From assembly GCA_964016885.1 (NCBI GenBank), contig OZ024741.1, positions 37,448,001 to 37,512,000 on the forward strand: a stretch of DNA of 64,000 bases. The letters are read 5' to 3'. Origin of the DNA: Eledone cirrhosa (lineage: Eukaryota). The position numbers and the translations under genes were made by a program. How positions within the stretch are numbered: the stretch's first letter is position 1; every line of letters starts with the position of its first letter. Below, one piece after another: positions 1-13,056 of this stretch. Below the pieces are notes generated by a model. It saw only the letters and a list, made by a program, of their open reading frames with translations, had not been told where the DNA came from and searched no databases.

Positions 1-1217
1 CCAGGTAGAGCCACTACTTCTCCAAATTGAGAGATCACAGCTCTGATACTATGTATAGGCATGTGGTTAAAATGTCTCAGAGAAGGATCGCTGGACAGAT
101 TTTATAGGCAAAACCAACTAGCAGGAGACCCAGGAGTAGACCCTGAGCAAGATGGTTGGATAACATCCGTAAACTCGGCTGGTCTTGCTTGGGGATCAGT
201 TGGAGATGGTTGCTGCTGGAAGAAGGGTTTGAGGACTCTGCTTTCACAACTCTCTCAGGCTTAAAGTGAAGAAGAAGTTATATTACTAAATCCTCTAATA
301 CTTGAGTATTTAAAAAAATATTTGAAATTCATAGGCTGTGTTTTTCATTAGAAATATGGTAACAATATTTTTTTATTTTACTAATTGTAATTCTACTACA
401 GTGGAAAGAATGTTTTGAAATGGTTTATTTAATGCAGATTTTATTCCTCCTTGCAGCAACTTGATCTCAACCAGCAGTTAAAATATGTTTTTATGCCAGT
501 AATCTGTCCATCAATGTATTTGTTACTCTCAAGCCTTATAAACATTCTCCTAATTCATCACCAAGACATCATGACATCAGATGTCTAAAGCTGCTCATTT
601 TCTACAACATACTCACATATCAACTTAACCCGTTGATAAATGGAGGAGGCATATGTCATTTGTTGCTGAGAATGAAATGTAAGAGTTTCAAATTCTAAGA
701 ATTTGAACTTACCCCATAGGCATAATATAAGGACATAAATAATTAAACCAACAAAAATACTTATCTGGTTTAATAAACATTTTCGTTTTCTTATACCATG
801 ATGAAAAGAACAAACGCACAAAAAAAAACTATTTTTTTCTTTATTATCATTATTGATAACTCCCTTATGATATATAACCAATAATAATATTATTATAAGT
901 TTATAAAAATTAAAATCCTTATGACTGAGTGGATATCTGGCCTCCAAGCCAAAGAAAGTGTGAGTTTGCATCATGTGATTGGCAGTGTGGAATGAATGGC
1001 CTTGAGAAAGGCACTAAAACCACTCTTATTACCATTTAGTTGGCAGCTGAGAGGGTGGAGGGCTAAGAAAGAGAAAGAATATAACTGTGTGACTGATCTA
1101 ACTAGAAATTGGCTTTGTTGTTGTTTGATCATTTGCAATGCCAAGATAGGAATAACTTCACACAAGAATGAAGCATTATATTTAATTGTTTCCATGTTGT
1201 GGTATGAGACTACATCC

Positions 1218-1321
1218 CATCATCATCATCAGCAGCAGCAGCAACAGTAGTAGTAGCAACAGCAGTCTTCTTTTTCTTTTCCCTCTTCTTTTTTTTGTTG
1301 TTGTTCTTCTTCTTCTACTTC

Positions 1322-1355
<34 letters not shown>

Positions 1356-1372
1356 GCTGCTGCTGCTGCTGC

Positions 1373-1405
<33 letters not shown>

Positions 1406-1416
1406 GCTGCTGCTGC
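1218..1416. repeat. compound trinucleotide microsatellite (CAT/CAG/TAG/TTC/TTG/CTG)n
   Basis: Directly visible; explains the poly-Q/N/L/T ORFs. Confidence 0.95.
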
Positions 1417-1499
1417 CTTCCATATCCTTGTTCAAACTTCTTCCATTTGTCCTTATCCATTGTTATTATTGTAACACCTCTATTTACCTTAATGTATTA

Positions 1500-1760
1500 G
1501 TTGATGTCCTCCCTGCATCTCCTCTTCTGCCTTCCCTCTCCCAAAATCCAACTTATGGGGGTTTTTTTTCATCCAACTAATTTCCTCTATTCTGGCTAAA
1601 TGTTCTGCCTACCTCCATTTCGTTTTTTGCTATTTCCTGAACTATATCTCTAATTCCTGTTTTCCTTTTGATCTCTCCAAACTTAATTCCATCTTTTAAT
1701 GTGATATTTAACATTCTTCTCTCCATGGTATGTTGTATTATGATTATAAATGATGCCAAA
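1500..1760 (-). mobile_element. degenerate RTE-clade LINE C-terminal fragment
   Basis: MERRMLNITLKD..EIKRKTGIRDIVQEIAK, then a frameshifted W-AGHLAR-like motif typical of the RTE post-RT region. Confidence 0.7.
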
Positions 1761-1791
1761 ATATGACCAAAAAGCTCTAAACCATTGAGAA

Positions 1792-2015
1792 GGGCGGTGG
1801 ATTGGCTGAATTCTTAGAGTAGTGGATAAAATGCTTTGTGGTATTTTGTTCTGCTTTTTTGCATTCTAAGTTTAAATCCCACCGAGGTCAACTTTGTTTT
1901 TCATCCATTTGGTGGTTTTGATAAAATAAAGTATCAGTCAAGTACTCAGGTTCATTTAATCGACTTTCCTTTCTTCCAAACATACTGACATTGCGCCAAA
2001 ATTAGAAACCATTAT
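1792..2015 (+). mobile_element. tRNA-derived SINE, family S2 (GCCTTTCATCC...GTCGATAAAATAAAGTACCAG core)
   Basis: B-box-like GTTYAAATCC plus a core shared with copies near 37640, 39470, 56651, 57578 and 58808. Confidence 0.65.
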
Positions 2016-2875
2016 ATCCACTGTAGAATACTTTGCTCAAAGATATAAACACTGTGTTTCTACACAAACCTCACTTTTAAACAGTTTATCAAGCTATAAA
2101 TTTTGCATGAATCTTATTTTACAACTGAAAGGGTTAAGCTATCTAGAATTAACACATTTTCAGAAGTATCCAACATAGAGAAAATGTAATATAAATGTCA
2201 TTATCGAAAACACTTTTGAAAATGACCAGCTGGCTCTTATCTCAGTCATCTGTACTATGCCTACTTGTGTAAAAAATGAGGCCGTTTTATAATTGGGAAA
2301 GTTAATTAAGTGTTAATATCTCTTGTTGAAAAGTCTACTTTGTACAAAAATTACTTTATTGATAAGTCTAATCACCTCAAGAAAAGAAGAATATGATTTG
2401 GGTAGAGCTGTAATGAAGCTCTAATCTTTAAAGGGAGGTAAAAACAACAGCAAGGTATCCAATTGGCAGTGTTGTTAAGCCATCAGCTTAAATGCTTTGT
2501 AGTATTTGTTTCAGCTCTCTGCATTGGATATTCTGATAATAAATTGTCCTAGATAACCCAACACCGAGCAAGAATTATATCATAATCTATGAAGCTCAGT
2601 GTGTGGTCATGCACCTTCGTTATAGAAATCTACGATATAGAATTTCTTCAATTGAAATTTAGAATTTAGTATTCGAAATAGCTTCGATTGCGTCTTGACG
2701 CAGAACATTTTTTCAATTTCACCCACAATTACGCAAAAAATAGATAAAACTCAATATTTTACGATTTTTCTCTCTCATTTAAACTGCTGAACTCTTTCTA
2801 CTACCATTCAAAATCTATACAACTTCATACTTTCTGCTACTTTCTCTTTCCAAGCTTGATGGTGATACTGTCCGT

Positions 2876-3180
2876 TCACACCACTCCCTACTGTCTTAAA
2901 TTTAGAAAACACATATCCTCTATGAGGTTACTAAACCTGCTAGAAACAGCAGCTAACTCTCCCCCATATCACACCACTCCCTACTGTCTTAAATTTAGAA
3001 AACATATCTTCTATGAGGTCACTAAACCTGCTAGAAACAGTAGCTAACTCTCCCCCATATCACACCACTCCCTACTGTCTTAAATTTAGAAAACACATAT
3101 CATCTATGAGGTCACTAAACCTGCTAGAAACAACAGCTAACTCTCCCTCATATCACAACCCTCCCTACTGTCTTAAATCA
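2876..3180 (+). repeat. tandem repeat, ~92-bp unit x ~3.3
   Basis: CACACCACTCCCTACTGTCTTAAAT recurs at 2877, 2970 and 3061, with a variant at ~3154. Confidence 0.95.
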
Positions 3181-3897
3181 TTGGGTATATATTTAAAAAG
3201 TAATTTGTGTTATCCTGGAGTGTCTGTTTAAATATTTAAAGTCTATAGCTGTAGGTAGTGTCCATAATTGCTCTAATAACTGTTCTCAAAGTAAATTGGT
3301 GTCTACGAGTAAATAGTTAATGGTTACGGAATAATATCTAAGGAAAGACTTAAGTCACGTTAAAGCCATCTGACTGAAGGCATAGATTTGCTAGCCTTGG
3401 ATTTAAAATTGTTGCTGTGGGAAGTCATGTATTTAAAACCCTCTTGATATCAAACCACTTGAAACCATCCTTAGTTCTATGATACATAGCTATTTGTTTT
3501 AAATTGTTTATATTTATCTAAAAACTCTCCATTATAATTCTATGTAAAAACCTTTGATATGTTCCAAACACGAACTTAATAACGAGAATGTTAGTTATAT
3601 TAGTAAATATTTTACTGCATACATACATACATATTCATGTATACATCGTTATTTCAGAGCACCAATCCTAATATCTAATTTTTGCTGGACTGGCAATCGC
3701 CTTCTATAATCAGCTCCTGATTATTACTGGAAATCTATAGGAATCCAGCTTCTATAATTTTCGGCGGAAGCAGGGAGTGTGTGGCTCTGATGAACGCCAA
3801 CCAGTGTGAAAAAGAATCCAGCTTCTACTTTAAAACTGATAACGCATGGTCTTCTAAATGTTTTTAATTAAACACACAGCATATTGCCAAATATACT

Positions 3898-3944
<47 letters not shown>

Positions 3945-4476
3945 GTGTGTGTGTGTGTGTGTGTCTTAGTTAGGTGTGTAACAACAGTTACAGGTGGCAC
4001 GCTGTTCAAAGCCCTCAATGCTGTTATGAGGTCTGTTTCATTTGGGCTGTATTCCAGAGTTCCAGTGTGTAAATAGATTAAAAAGAATCAAAGTCAGTGT
4101 TGCAGCAAATGTGCAAACTTTATTTGCATGTTACACTTGTTTCAATATCGATCAGCTCAGGGTAGAATCAAGGTGGTGGGGCCTGACTCATTTTCAACAT
4201 CTTGTCAGATATGCAAGCTTATATGTGCAAAGACACATCTAAACTGTTGACTAAGGTTCCGAGATCTGTTTATGTACACTTATTGCTGGGTTTGTAGGGG
4301 GTGGAGGAGTGAAAGGAGGTTTAGCTTTAAAGGGTTATTTTTTTCATCCTTTATCCTTCACTCTATTTGAGCAAGGTACAGCGCGGCCAAGTGGCCATAC
4401 TTGTATCATAACGTTATCGACCCGTTTTACCCATGCAAGCATAGAAAATAGACATTAAACTGTGAATATATATATA

Positions 4477-5360
4477 TCATCATCATCATCATTTAATGTC
4501 CACCTTCCACGTTAGCATGGGCTGGACGGTTTTGTCCCACTTAAGGCGAGATTGGTCGGGAGACCGTGTCTTGCTCATACAGAACTGTTTCTGACAGGTT
4601 TTCTATGGCTGGATGCCCTTCCTAACACCAACCACATTTACAGTGTGGACTGGGAACATTTTTACCATGTCTCCTACACAACCACTTAACAGTGTGGACT
4701 GGAAGGTTTTTATTGTGTGACCGACACGACCACTTTGCAGTGGATGGAGTATGGGTGTCTGGGGTGTATATTGGGTTTAGAGATGCCTACTGACTGTAGG
4801 TTTAGGTTTGTATGCAAGGGAAGGCGGGTCTTCTGTATTACTGCATAGCGCCAAAGATCTCGATCCAGTGACATGACATACATGAAGATCGATATATGTG
4901 ATATGCCGCTGGCAGGAAAGCACACATCCTAATGCCTGTACGCCCAACATACATGTATGTCATGTCACTGGATCGAGATCTTTGGCGCTATGCAGTAATA
5001 CAGAAGACCCGCCTTCCCTTGCATACAAACCTAAACCTACAGTCAGTAGGCATCTCTAAACCCAATATACACCCCAGACACCCATACTCCATCCACTGCA
5101 AAGTGGTCGTGTCGGTCACACAACAAAAACCTTCCAGTCCACACTGTTAAGTGGTTGTGTAGGAGACATGGTAAAAATGTTCCCAGTCCACACTGTAAAT
5201 GTGGTTGGTGTTAGGAAGGGCACCCAGCCGTAGAAAACCTGTCAGACAGTCCTATGCGAGCAAGACAACCACTCTTGCCTCAAGTGGGAAAACTCCCGTC
5301 CAAACGCATACAAGCGTGGAATATGGACGTTAAACGATGATGATGAGGATGATGATGATG
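4477..5360. repeat. inverted repeat of two RTE-B-type 3' ends (arms 4477-4884 and 4952-5360, 67-nt spacer)
   Basis: 4591-4884 is the reverse complement of 4952-5245 with ~3 mismatches; the (GAT)n tails point outward. Confidence 0.95.
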
Positions 5361-5437
5361 CATATATATATAGATATATATAATATATATACATATATAT
5401 ATACATATATATATAATATATATACATATATATATAC

Positions 5438-5482
<45 letters not shown>

Positions 5483-5493
5483 TATATATATAC

Positions 5494-5579
<86 letters not shown>

Positions 5580-5723
5580 GTACATATATATATATATGTA
5601 CATCTATATATACATCTATATATACATATATGTACATATATATATACATATATATATACATATATATACATATATATACATATATATATACATATATATA
5701 CATATATATATACATATATATAC

Positions 5724-5767
<44 letters not shown>

Positions 5768-6292
5768 GTACATATATATATATATATATATGTACATATA
5801 TATATATATATGTACATATATATATATATATATGTACATATATATATATATATATGTACATGTATATATATATATATATATGTACATATATATATATATA
5901 TATGTACATATATATATATACATATATATATATACATATATGTACATATGTATATATATATGTACATATATATATACATATATATATATACATATATATG
6001 TACATATATATATATATGTACATATATATATACATGTACATATATATATACATGTACATATATATATATATGTACATATATATATACATATATATATACT
6101 TATATATATACATATATATATATATATACATATATATACATACATATACATATATATACATATATATATATACATATATAAACATATATATATATATGCA
6201 TATATATATATATAATATATATACATATATATACATATATATATATATATATACATATATATATACATATATATATATACATATATATATAC

Positions 6293-6337
<45 letters not shown>

Positions 6338-6370
6338 TATATACATATATATATATACATATATATATAC

Positions 6371-6446
<76 letters not shown>
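5361..6446. repeat. ~1.1-kb degenerate (TA)n/(TACA) microsatellite
   Basis: Directly visible. Confidence 0.98.
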
Positions 6447-6449
<3 letters not shown>

Positions 6450-8230
6450 AATGTAAATCAGGATGTTGTTGGAGATAAGTGTGTCCGGAATGATGCTGGT
6501 GTACTTAGTGTCACGAATGATCAGCAAAAAGAGGCCTGGAAATATCATTATGAGAGACTGATGAATGTGGAAAATGAATGGGAGAGAGAGAAATTACCCC
6601 AGTAGACCTGACAGAGGGACCAGCTATTGAGATTGACGAATATAGGGTCCAAGAGGCAATTAAGGAAATGAAAAATGGTAAGGCCACTGAACCGTCAGGG
6701 ATAGTTGCTGAGATGCTGAAGGCATCAGGGTAAGTAGGCACTAAACTGGTTGCATGCATCGTCAATCAAAGCTATATAAAGCGGTGTCATACCCAAAGAT
6801 TGGTGCAGCAGAATTCTCATAAATTACTACAAAGGTAAAGGGGATGCTCTGGAGAGGAGCAATTATAGGGGCATAAAGCTGATGGATCAGGTTATGAAAG
6901 TGGCAGAGAGAATATTAGCAAGTAATAAGAGAAAGGGTCAAACTCGATGAGATGCAGTTTGGTTTTGTGCTTGGGAAAAGTACAACAGATGCTCTCTTCT
7001 TAGTGAGACAACTACAAGTGAGGTTCTTAGAAAAGAATAACCCACTATACTTAGCTTTTGTTGACCTAGAGAGGGCCTTTGTTAGGGTACCCCGATCTGT
7101 CATCTGGTGGTCCCTAAGGAAACTAGGTGTAGAGGAATGGCTTGTGAGGACAGTGCAAGCTATGTACAGAGGTGCTGCCAGTAAAGTGAGAGTAGGAATG
7201 GAGTTTAGTGACGAATTCCAGAAACAGGTAGGAGTACATCAGGGTTTGGTCCTCAGCCCGCTCTTGTTCATTTTAGTCCTCCAAGCCATAACAGAGGAGT
7301 TTAAGACTGGCTGCCCATGGAAACTTCTCTATGCTGACGATCTGGTTCTTATAGCAGAATCAGTAGAGGAGCTAGAGTATAAATTCTGGCTATGGAAACA
7401 GCAGTTGGAATCAAGAGGACTGAGAGTGAACATAGCTAAGACAAAATTGTTGAGAAGTAGAAAAGAGGACAAAACTCTGATTCCATCAGGGAATGGTCAT
7501 GTTCGATTTATAGAAAAGGAACTGGCATAAATTCTATAAAATGTACACAATGCAGATCTTGGGTGTTCAAGAGATGTAGTGGGATAGCAGGCAAACTAAC
7601 AGGTAGGGAAAACTACATATGCAGTAGATGTACAGAGAAATTTGACAGTAGAAGTCGCAGTGATAGACACATTTTTCAAATGCAGGTGGGTTCTATACAA
7701 GTAGTTGATAGCTTCCGGTACTTAGGTGATCAGAGTAGCATGGGAGGGGGGTGTTCTGAAGCAATAGTATCTAGAATAAGGATGGGTTGGAAGAAGTTTA
7801 GGAAGCTGCTTCCTCTGTTGACAAAGAAGGGTTTCTCCCTGCATACAAAAAGCTGGTTATATGATGCCTGTGTGAGATGCGCGATGCTGCATGGTAGTGA
7901 GAAATGGGCAGCAACTGCAGAGGATATGCGATGGCTGGAGAGAAATGAAGCAAGCATGCTCCATTGGATGTGTAATGTCAATGTGTGTGAACGACCAAGC
8001 ATAGATGAGTTGAGAGAGAAACTGTGTATAAGAGGGATAAGTTGTAGTGTGTGGGAGAGAAGACTGCGATGGTATGGAAATGTGATGCACATGGAGGATG
8101 ACCGCTGGGTAAAGAAGTGCCAAGAAATCCCAGTAGAAGAAAGACTGACAAGTGGATAAATGCTGTGAATAGGACCCGCCCACCCTTGCAAGCAGGGAAA
8201 AGCAGACGTAAAATGATGATGATGATGATA
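6446..8230 (+). mobile_element. 5'-truncated, frameshifted RTE LINE family A copy
   Basis: Collinear with 11000-12890; YADD, PHD-like finger, (GAT)n tail; deletion near 8140. Confidence 0.95.
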
Positions 8231-8242
8231 TATATATTTAGT

Positions 8243-8365
8243 GAAGGCGTGTGGCTAAGCGATTAGAGAACTGGATTCGCAATTGTGAGGTTGTCTGCAG
8301 TTCGATTCCTGGACCGGGTGATGCGTTATGTCCTTAAGCAAGACACTTTATTTCACATTGCTCTT
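8243..8365 (+). mobile_element. partial tRNA-derived SINE (family S1 head)
   Basis: A-box-like TGGCTAAG and B-box GTTCGATTCC, then GCAAGACACTTTATTTCACATTGCTC shared with the 26271 copy. Confidence 0.75.
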
Positions 8366-8512
8366 TCTACTTGGAGTTGCGACCGATAGATAGTACTAGC
8401 AATTGGAAAGACCAACGGAAACAATGTTTCCTTGGTCCGATTTCACGAAAGTAGATCGACAAATTAAAAAAAAATTTTTTTTTTTCATATATATATATAT
8501 AATAATAATAAT

Positions 8513-9313
8513 CATCATCATCACCGTTTTACATCCATTCTTCCACGTCAGCATGGGTTAGACTAGTTGTCCTATTGCGGGGAATGTTAGGTTGGGTGAC
8601 CTTGTCTTGCTAATATGGGAACTGATTTGGCTTGATTTCTACAGCTGGATGCCCTTCCTAACACCAATCTTATTTACAGTACCCATAGTTTGCATTTGGG
8701 GAAGAGGATGGAGTTCCTAGTTACACCTTTCCTACATACTGAGCAAGGCCATTTCCCTGAGGGGTTCTGTTTTCTCATCTAATTACGAGGACCTTGGTCT
8801 TTGTCAGGTTGACTTTGAGACCCTTTCTTTCTAGTCCCTGCTTCCATATTTGGAATTTTTTCTTTAGTTCCTCCATAGATTCAGCTATAAGTGTAAGGTC
8901 TTCCACATACAGGAGTTCCCATGGGCATCTGGTCTTAAACTCTACTGTTATAGACTGCAATACTATAATAAACAGGAGAGGGCTAAGAACTGAGCTCTGG
9001 TGGACACCGACCTGTATGCTAAATTCCTCGCTATAGTCATGGTAAACCCTAACTTTGCTGACTGCTCCCCTATACATGGCTTGTACAGCTTTCACAAGCC
9101 ATTTATCTACTCCTAGTTGTCTAAGAACCCACCAGATTATAGCACGGGGGACTCTGTTGAAGGCTTTTTCCAGATTGACAAATGCCTGGTAGAGTGGCTT
9201 ACTTTTAGCTAGGTACTTTTCCTGTAATTGCCTCACAAGGAAGAGAGCATCAGTGGTGCCTTTTCCTGGCACAAACCCAAACTGCATCTCATCTAGTTTT
9301 ATCCGGTCCCTAA

Positions 9314-9315
<2 letters not shown>
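8513..9315 (-). mobile_element. RTE family C copy with internal deletion
   Basis: RT motifs (MQFGFVPGK..., [10 protein letters not shown]) run to mid-PHD, then jump at ~8680 to a 3' UTR matching 37245-37412. Confidence 0.9.
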
Positions 9316-9345
<30 letters not shown>

Positions 9346-9405
9346 CTCTTTTAATCTTTTACCTGATCCAGCCATCCGGCTGAGGCCATGCTGGGGTACC
9401 ACCCT

Positions 9406-9707
9406 TATATATATATATATATATATATATTTGTATGTATGTATGTCTGTATATATATGTATATATATATATATGTATGTATATATATATGTTTGTATGT
9501 ATATATATATGTATGTATATATATATATGTATGTATATATATATATGCATGTATATATATATTAATGTATGTATATATATATATGTATATATATATATGT
9601 ATATATGTATATATGTATATATATATATATGTATATATGTATATATGTATATATATATATATATATGTATATGTATATATATGTATATATATATACATAT
9701 ATATATA
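9406..9707. repeat. degenerate (TA)n/(TGTA) microsatellite
   Basis: Directly visible; left flank of the intact LINE. Confidence 0.95.
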
Positions 9708-12700
9708 AGTGGCGCTGGTGTTAGGAAGGGCATCCAACCAGTGTATCAATGCCAAAAAGCTTATCAGCACAGCAACAAAACAGCATAGAAAAATATGAAG
9801 ACGTCGCATCTCAGAGTTGCAACACTTAATGTTGGCACTCTCAGAGGTAGATCTGCTGAAATAGCGGAGATGCTGGAGAGAAGGCAGGTGGATGTGTGCT
9901 GCGTGCAAGAGGTGAGATGGAGAGGTGCCTCTGCGAGACTAGTCGTAGGCAAGCGTCTTAGCTATAAGCTATTCTGGGTAGGTAAGGATGATGGGTTAGG
10001 GGGAGTAGGCATTTTCCTGGCTGAGAAATGGATCAATAAGACAATAGAGGTAGTTCGAGTTAGTAATCGAATAATTAAGCTTAGATTAGTTGTAGGTAGG
10101 AGACTACTGACAATCATCTCGGTCTATGCTCCCCAAGCAGGCCTAGGCAAAGATGAGAAAGACTGCTTTTATGAGCAACTTTTGCAAACAACCACAATGA
10201 CAGAGGACGGAGACATCGTTATGCTAGCAGGAGACTTCAATGGTCATGTTGGACAGCTCCAGGATGGTTACACTGGGGTACATGGTGGGCACGGTTACGG
10301 TTCAAGAAATGAAGAAGGAGTGAGACTTCTTGAATTTTGTGATGCAAGTACATTGACTATTTGCAACACAAACTTCCAGAAACCTGCCAATCACCTAATA
10401 ACCTACAAATCTGGTGAGCACATAAGCCAGATTGACTTCCTGCTAGTTAGGCAGCGGGACAGGCAGATAGTGTCTAATACCAAGGCATACCCTGGGGAAG
10501 AATGTACCCCACAGCATAGGTTAGTTGTTAGTGATATCTCAGTAAGCAAGAGATGGAATGAGACATATAGGAAGGTGTGGAGAAGAAAGGTCTGGAAGCT
10601 AAAAGACCTTTCACTAAAATTCAAATTTAGGAAAGCCCTTCAAGATGTATATGACGAAAAAGAAGACGATTTAGAGACGTATGACATAGATAATAACTGG
10701 AATTTCTTACGTGACAACTTGCTGAAGGCTACTGATGAAACCTGTGGCTGGAGCAGCGCTCCAACCAGACAGAGAGTGACCTGGTGGTGGAACAGCAGTG
10801 TAGATAAGGCTATTAGAGACAAAAGACTAGCATGGAAGGCTTGGAATAAGGGTGGGAGTAGGGAAGAATATACAGCCACTAAGAGAGAAGCTAGACGTCA
10901 GGTGTACTTAGCACGCAGGGAGGCAGAGAGTAGGAGGTTTGCCAATGTTCTGCGACGGGAAGATCAGAGGCGTGCGGTGTTCCACATTGCAAGGCAGTGT
11001 GTCAATGCAAATCAGGATGTTGTTGGTGATAAATGTGTCCGGGATGATGCCGGTGTACTTAGTGTCACGAATGACCAGAAAAAGGAGGCCTGGAAATGTC
11101 ATTATGAGAGACTGATGAATGTGGAGAACGAATGGGAGAGAGAGAAATTACCCTTGGTAGATCCGACAGAGGGACCAGCTATTGAGATTGACGAATATAG
11201 GGTCCAAGAGGCGATTAGGGAAATGAAAAATGGTAAGGCGGCCGGACCATCGGGAATAGTTGCTGAGATGCTGAAGGCATCAGGGGACGTAGGCACTAAA
11301 CTGGTTGCACGCATAATCAATCAGGCTATATATGGTGGTGTCATACCCAAAGACTGGTGCAGCAGTATTCTCATAAATTGCTACAAAGGTAAAGGGGATG
11401 CTTTGGAGAGGAGCAATTATAGGGGTATAAAACTGATAGATCAGGTTATGAAAGTGGCAGAAAGGATTTTAACACAACTAATTAGAGAAAGGGTCAAACT
11501 AGATGAGATGCAGTTTGGTTTTGTGCCTGGGAAGAGTACAACAGATGCCCTCTTCTTGGTGAGACAAATGCAAGAGAGGTTCTTAGAGAAGAATAAGCCA
11601 CTATACTTAGCCTTTGTTGACCTAGAGAAGGCCTTTGATAGGGTACCCCAATCTGTCATCTGGTGGTCCCTAAGGAAGCTGGGTGTTGAGGAATGGCTTG
11701 TAAGGACAGTGCAAACTTTGTACAGAGGTACTCTCAGTAAAGTCAGGGTAGGAATGGAGTTTAGTGAGGAATTCCAGATACAAGTAGGAGTACATCAGGG
11801 TTCGGTCCTCAGCCCGCTCTTGTTCATTATAGTCCTCCAAGCCATAACAGAGGAGTTTAAGACTGGCTGTCCATGGGAACTTCTCTATGCTGACGATCTG
11901 GCTCTTATGGCAGAATCAGTAGAGGAGCTAGAGAATAAATTCCGGCTATGGAAACAGCAGTTGGAAGCAAGAGGACTGAGAGTAAATCTAGCTAAGACAA
12001 AAGTGTTGATGAGTAGAAAAGAGGACAAAACCCTGATTCCGTCAGGGAAATGGCCATGTTCGATATGCAGAAAAGGAACTGGCATAAATTCTATAAAATG
12101 CACACAATGTAGGTCCTGGGTACACAAGAGATGTAGCGGGATAGCAGGCAAACTAACAGGTAGGGAGAAATATGTATGCAGTAGATGTACAGGGAAATTA
12201 GACAGTAGAAGTCGCACTGATAGACACATTTTTCAAATGCGAGAGGGCGCTATAGAAGTGGTGGATAGCTTCCGGTACCTAGGAGATCAGATTAGCATGG
12301 GAGGAGGGTGTTCCGAGGCCATAGTATCTAGAATAAGGACGGGTTGGAAGAAGTTTAGGGAGCTGCTTCCTCTGTTGACGAAGAAGGGTTTCTCCCTGCG
12401 TACGAAAGGCCGGTTGTATGATGCCTGTGTGAGGAGCGCGATGCTGCATGGTAGTGAGACATGGGCAGCTACCGCAGACGATATGCGACGGCTGGAGAGA
12501 AATGAGGCAAGCATGCTCCGTTGGATGTGCAGTGTAAATGTGCGTGAACGACCCAGCATAAATGTGTTGAAAGAGAAACTGTGTCTGAGAGGGATAGAAT
12601 GTAGTGTACGGGAGAGGAGACTGAGGTGGTATGGACATGTGATGCGCATGGAGGATGACCGATGGGTGAAGAAGTGCCAGGAAATGCCAGTTGAAGGAAG

Positions 12701-12888
12701 ACGTGGTAGAGGTAGACCACGAAAAACATGGGCGGAGGTGGTGAGAACAGACCTCAGATCATTGAAGCTCACGGTGGAGATGACGAGGGACCGTGACGAG
12801 TGGAGAGATGCTGTGCTGAATAAGACCCGTCCCACCCTTGCAAGCAGGGAAAAGCGGACGTAAAATGATGATGATGATGATGATGATG
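9708..12888 (+). mobile_element. apparently full-length RTE-clade non-LTR retrotransposon, family A
   Basis: Short 5' UTR, single 1022-aa ORF, (GAT)n tail right after the stop, (TA)n on both flanks. Confidence 0.95.
9795..12863 (+). CDS. RTE ORF: APE endonuclease + reverse transcriptase with internal PHD-type zinc finger
   Basis: APE motifs [27 protein letters not shown]; RT motifs [30 protein letters not shown]; [11 protein letters not shown] and RGRPRKTW; no stops. Confidence 0.97.
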   Translation: MKTSHLRVATLNVGTLRGRSAEIAEMLERRQVDVCCVQEVRWRGASARLVVGKRLSYKLFWVGKDDGLGGVGIFLAEKWINKTIEVVRVSNRIIKLRLVVGRRLLTIISVYAPQAGLGKDEKDCFYEQLLQTTTMTEDGDIVMLAGDFNGHVGQLQDGYTGVHGGHGYGSRNEEGVRLLEFCDASTLTICNTNFQKPANHLITYKSGEHISQIDFLLVRQRDRQIVSNTKAYPGEECTPQHRLVVSDISVSKRWNETYRKVWRRKVWKLKDLSLKFKFRKALQDVYDEKEDDLETYDIDNNWNFLRDNLLKATDETCGWSSAPTRQRVTWWWNSSVDKAIRDKRLAWKAWNKGGSREEYTATKREARRQVYLARREAESRRFANVLRREDQRRAVFHIARQCVNANQDVVGDKCVRDDAGVLSVTNDQKKEAWKCHYERLMNVENEWEREKLPLVDPTEGPAIEIDEYRVQEAIREMKNGKAAGPSGIVAEMLKASGDVGTKLVARIINQAIYGGVIPKDWCSSILINCYKGKGDALERSNYRGIKLIDQVMKVAERILTQLIRERVKLDEMQFGFVPGKSTTDALFLVRQMQERFLEKNKPLYLAFVDLEKAFDRVPQSVIWWSLRKLGVEEWLVRTVQTLYRGTLSKVRVGMEFSEEFQIQVGVHQGSVLSPLLFIIVLQAITEEFKTGCPWELLYADDLALMAESVEELENKFRLWKQQLEARGLRVNLAKTKVLMSRKEDKTLIPSGKWPCSICRKGTGINSIKCTQCRSWVHKRCSGIAGKLTGREKYVCSRCTGKLDSRSRTDRHIFQMREGAIEVVDSFRYLGDQISMGGGCSEAIVSRIRTGWKKFRELLPLLTKKGFSLRTKGRLYDACVRSAMLHGSETWAATADDMRRLERNEASMLRWMCSVNVRERPSINVLKEKLCLRGIECSVRERRLRWYGHVMRMEDDRWVKKCQEMPVEGRRGRGRPRKTWAEVVRTDLRSLKLTVEMTRDRDEWRDAVLNKTRPTLASREKRT

Positions 12889-12893
12889 ATATA

Positions 12894-12930
<37 letters not shown>

Positions 12931-12947
12931 GTATATGTATATATATG

Positions 12948-12983
<36 letters not shown>

Positions 12984-13056
12984 TGTATATGTATATATAT
13001 GTATATATATATATATATATATAAGTATATATATATATATATGTATGTATTATATA

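Noticed and set aside
1-264. 67-aa ORF or possible retroelement relic at the window edge
   Set aside because: No recognisable motif; cannot be supported.
2876-3180. CRISPR-like periodicity
   Set aside because: Whole units repeat with no unique spacers, no cas genes, eukaryotic context.
3781-3825. CTGATGA-ACGC..GTGT-GAAA hammerhead-like core
   Set aside because: Stem I and the NUH site are out of register; at best a decayed copy.
5242-6548. Long Y/I/M/C-rich ORFs (also near 9359-9908, 12769-13197, 16540-16964, 24819-25162)
   Set aside because: Translations of (TA)n microsatellites, which lack stop codons.
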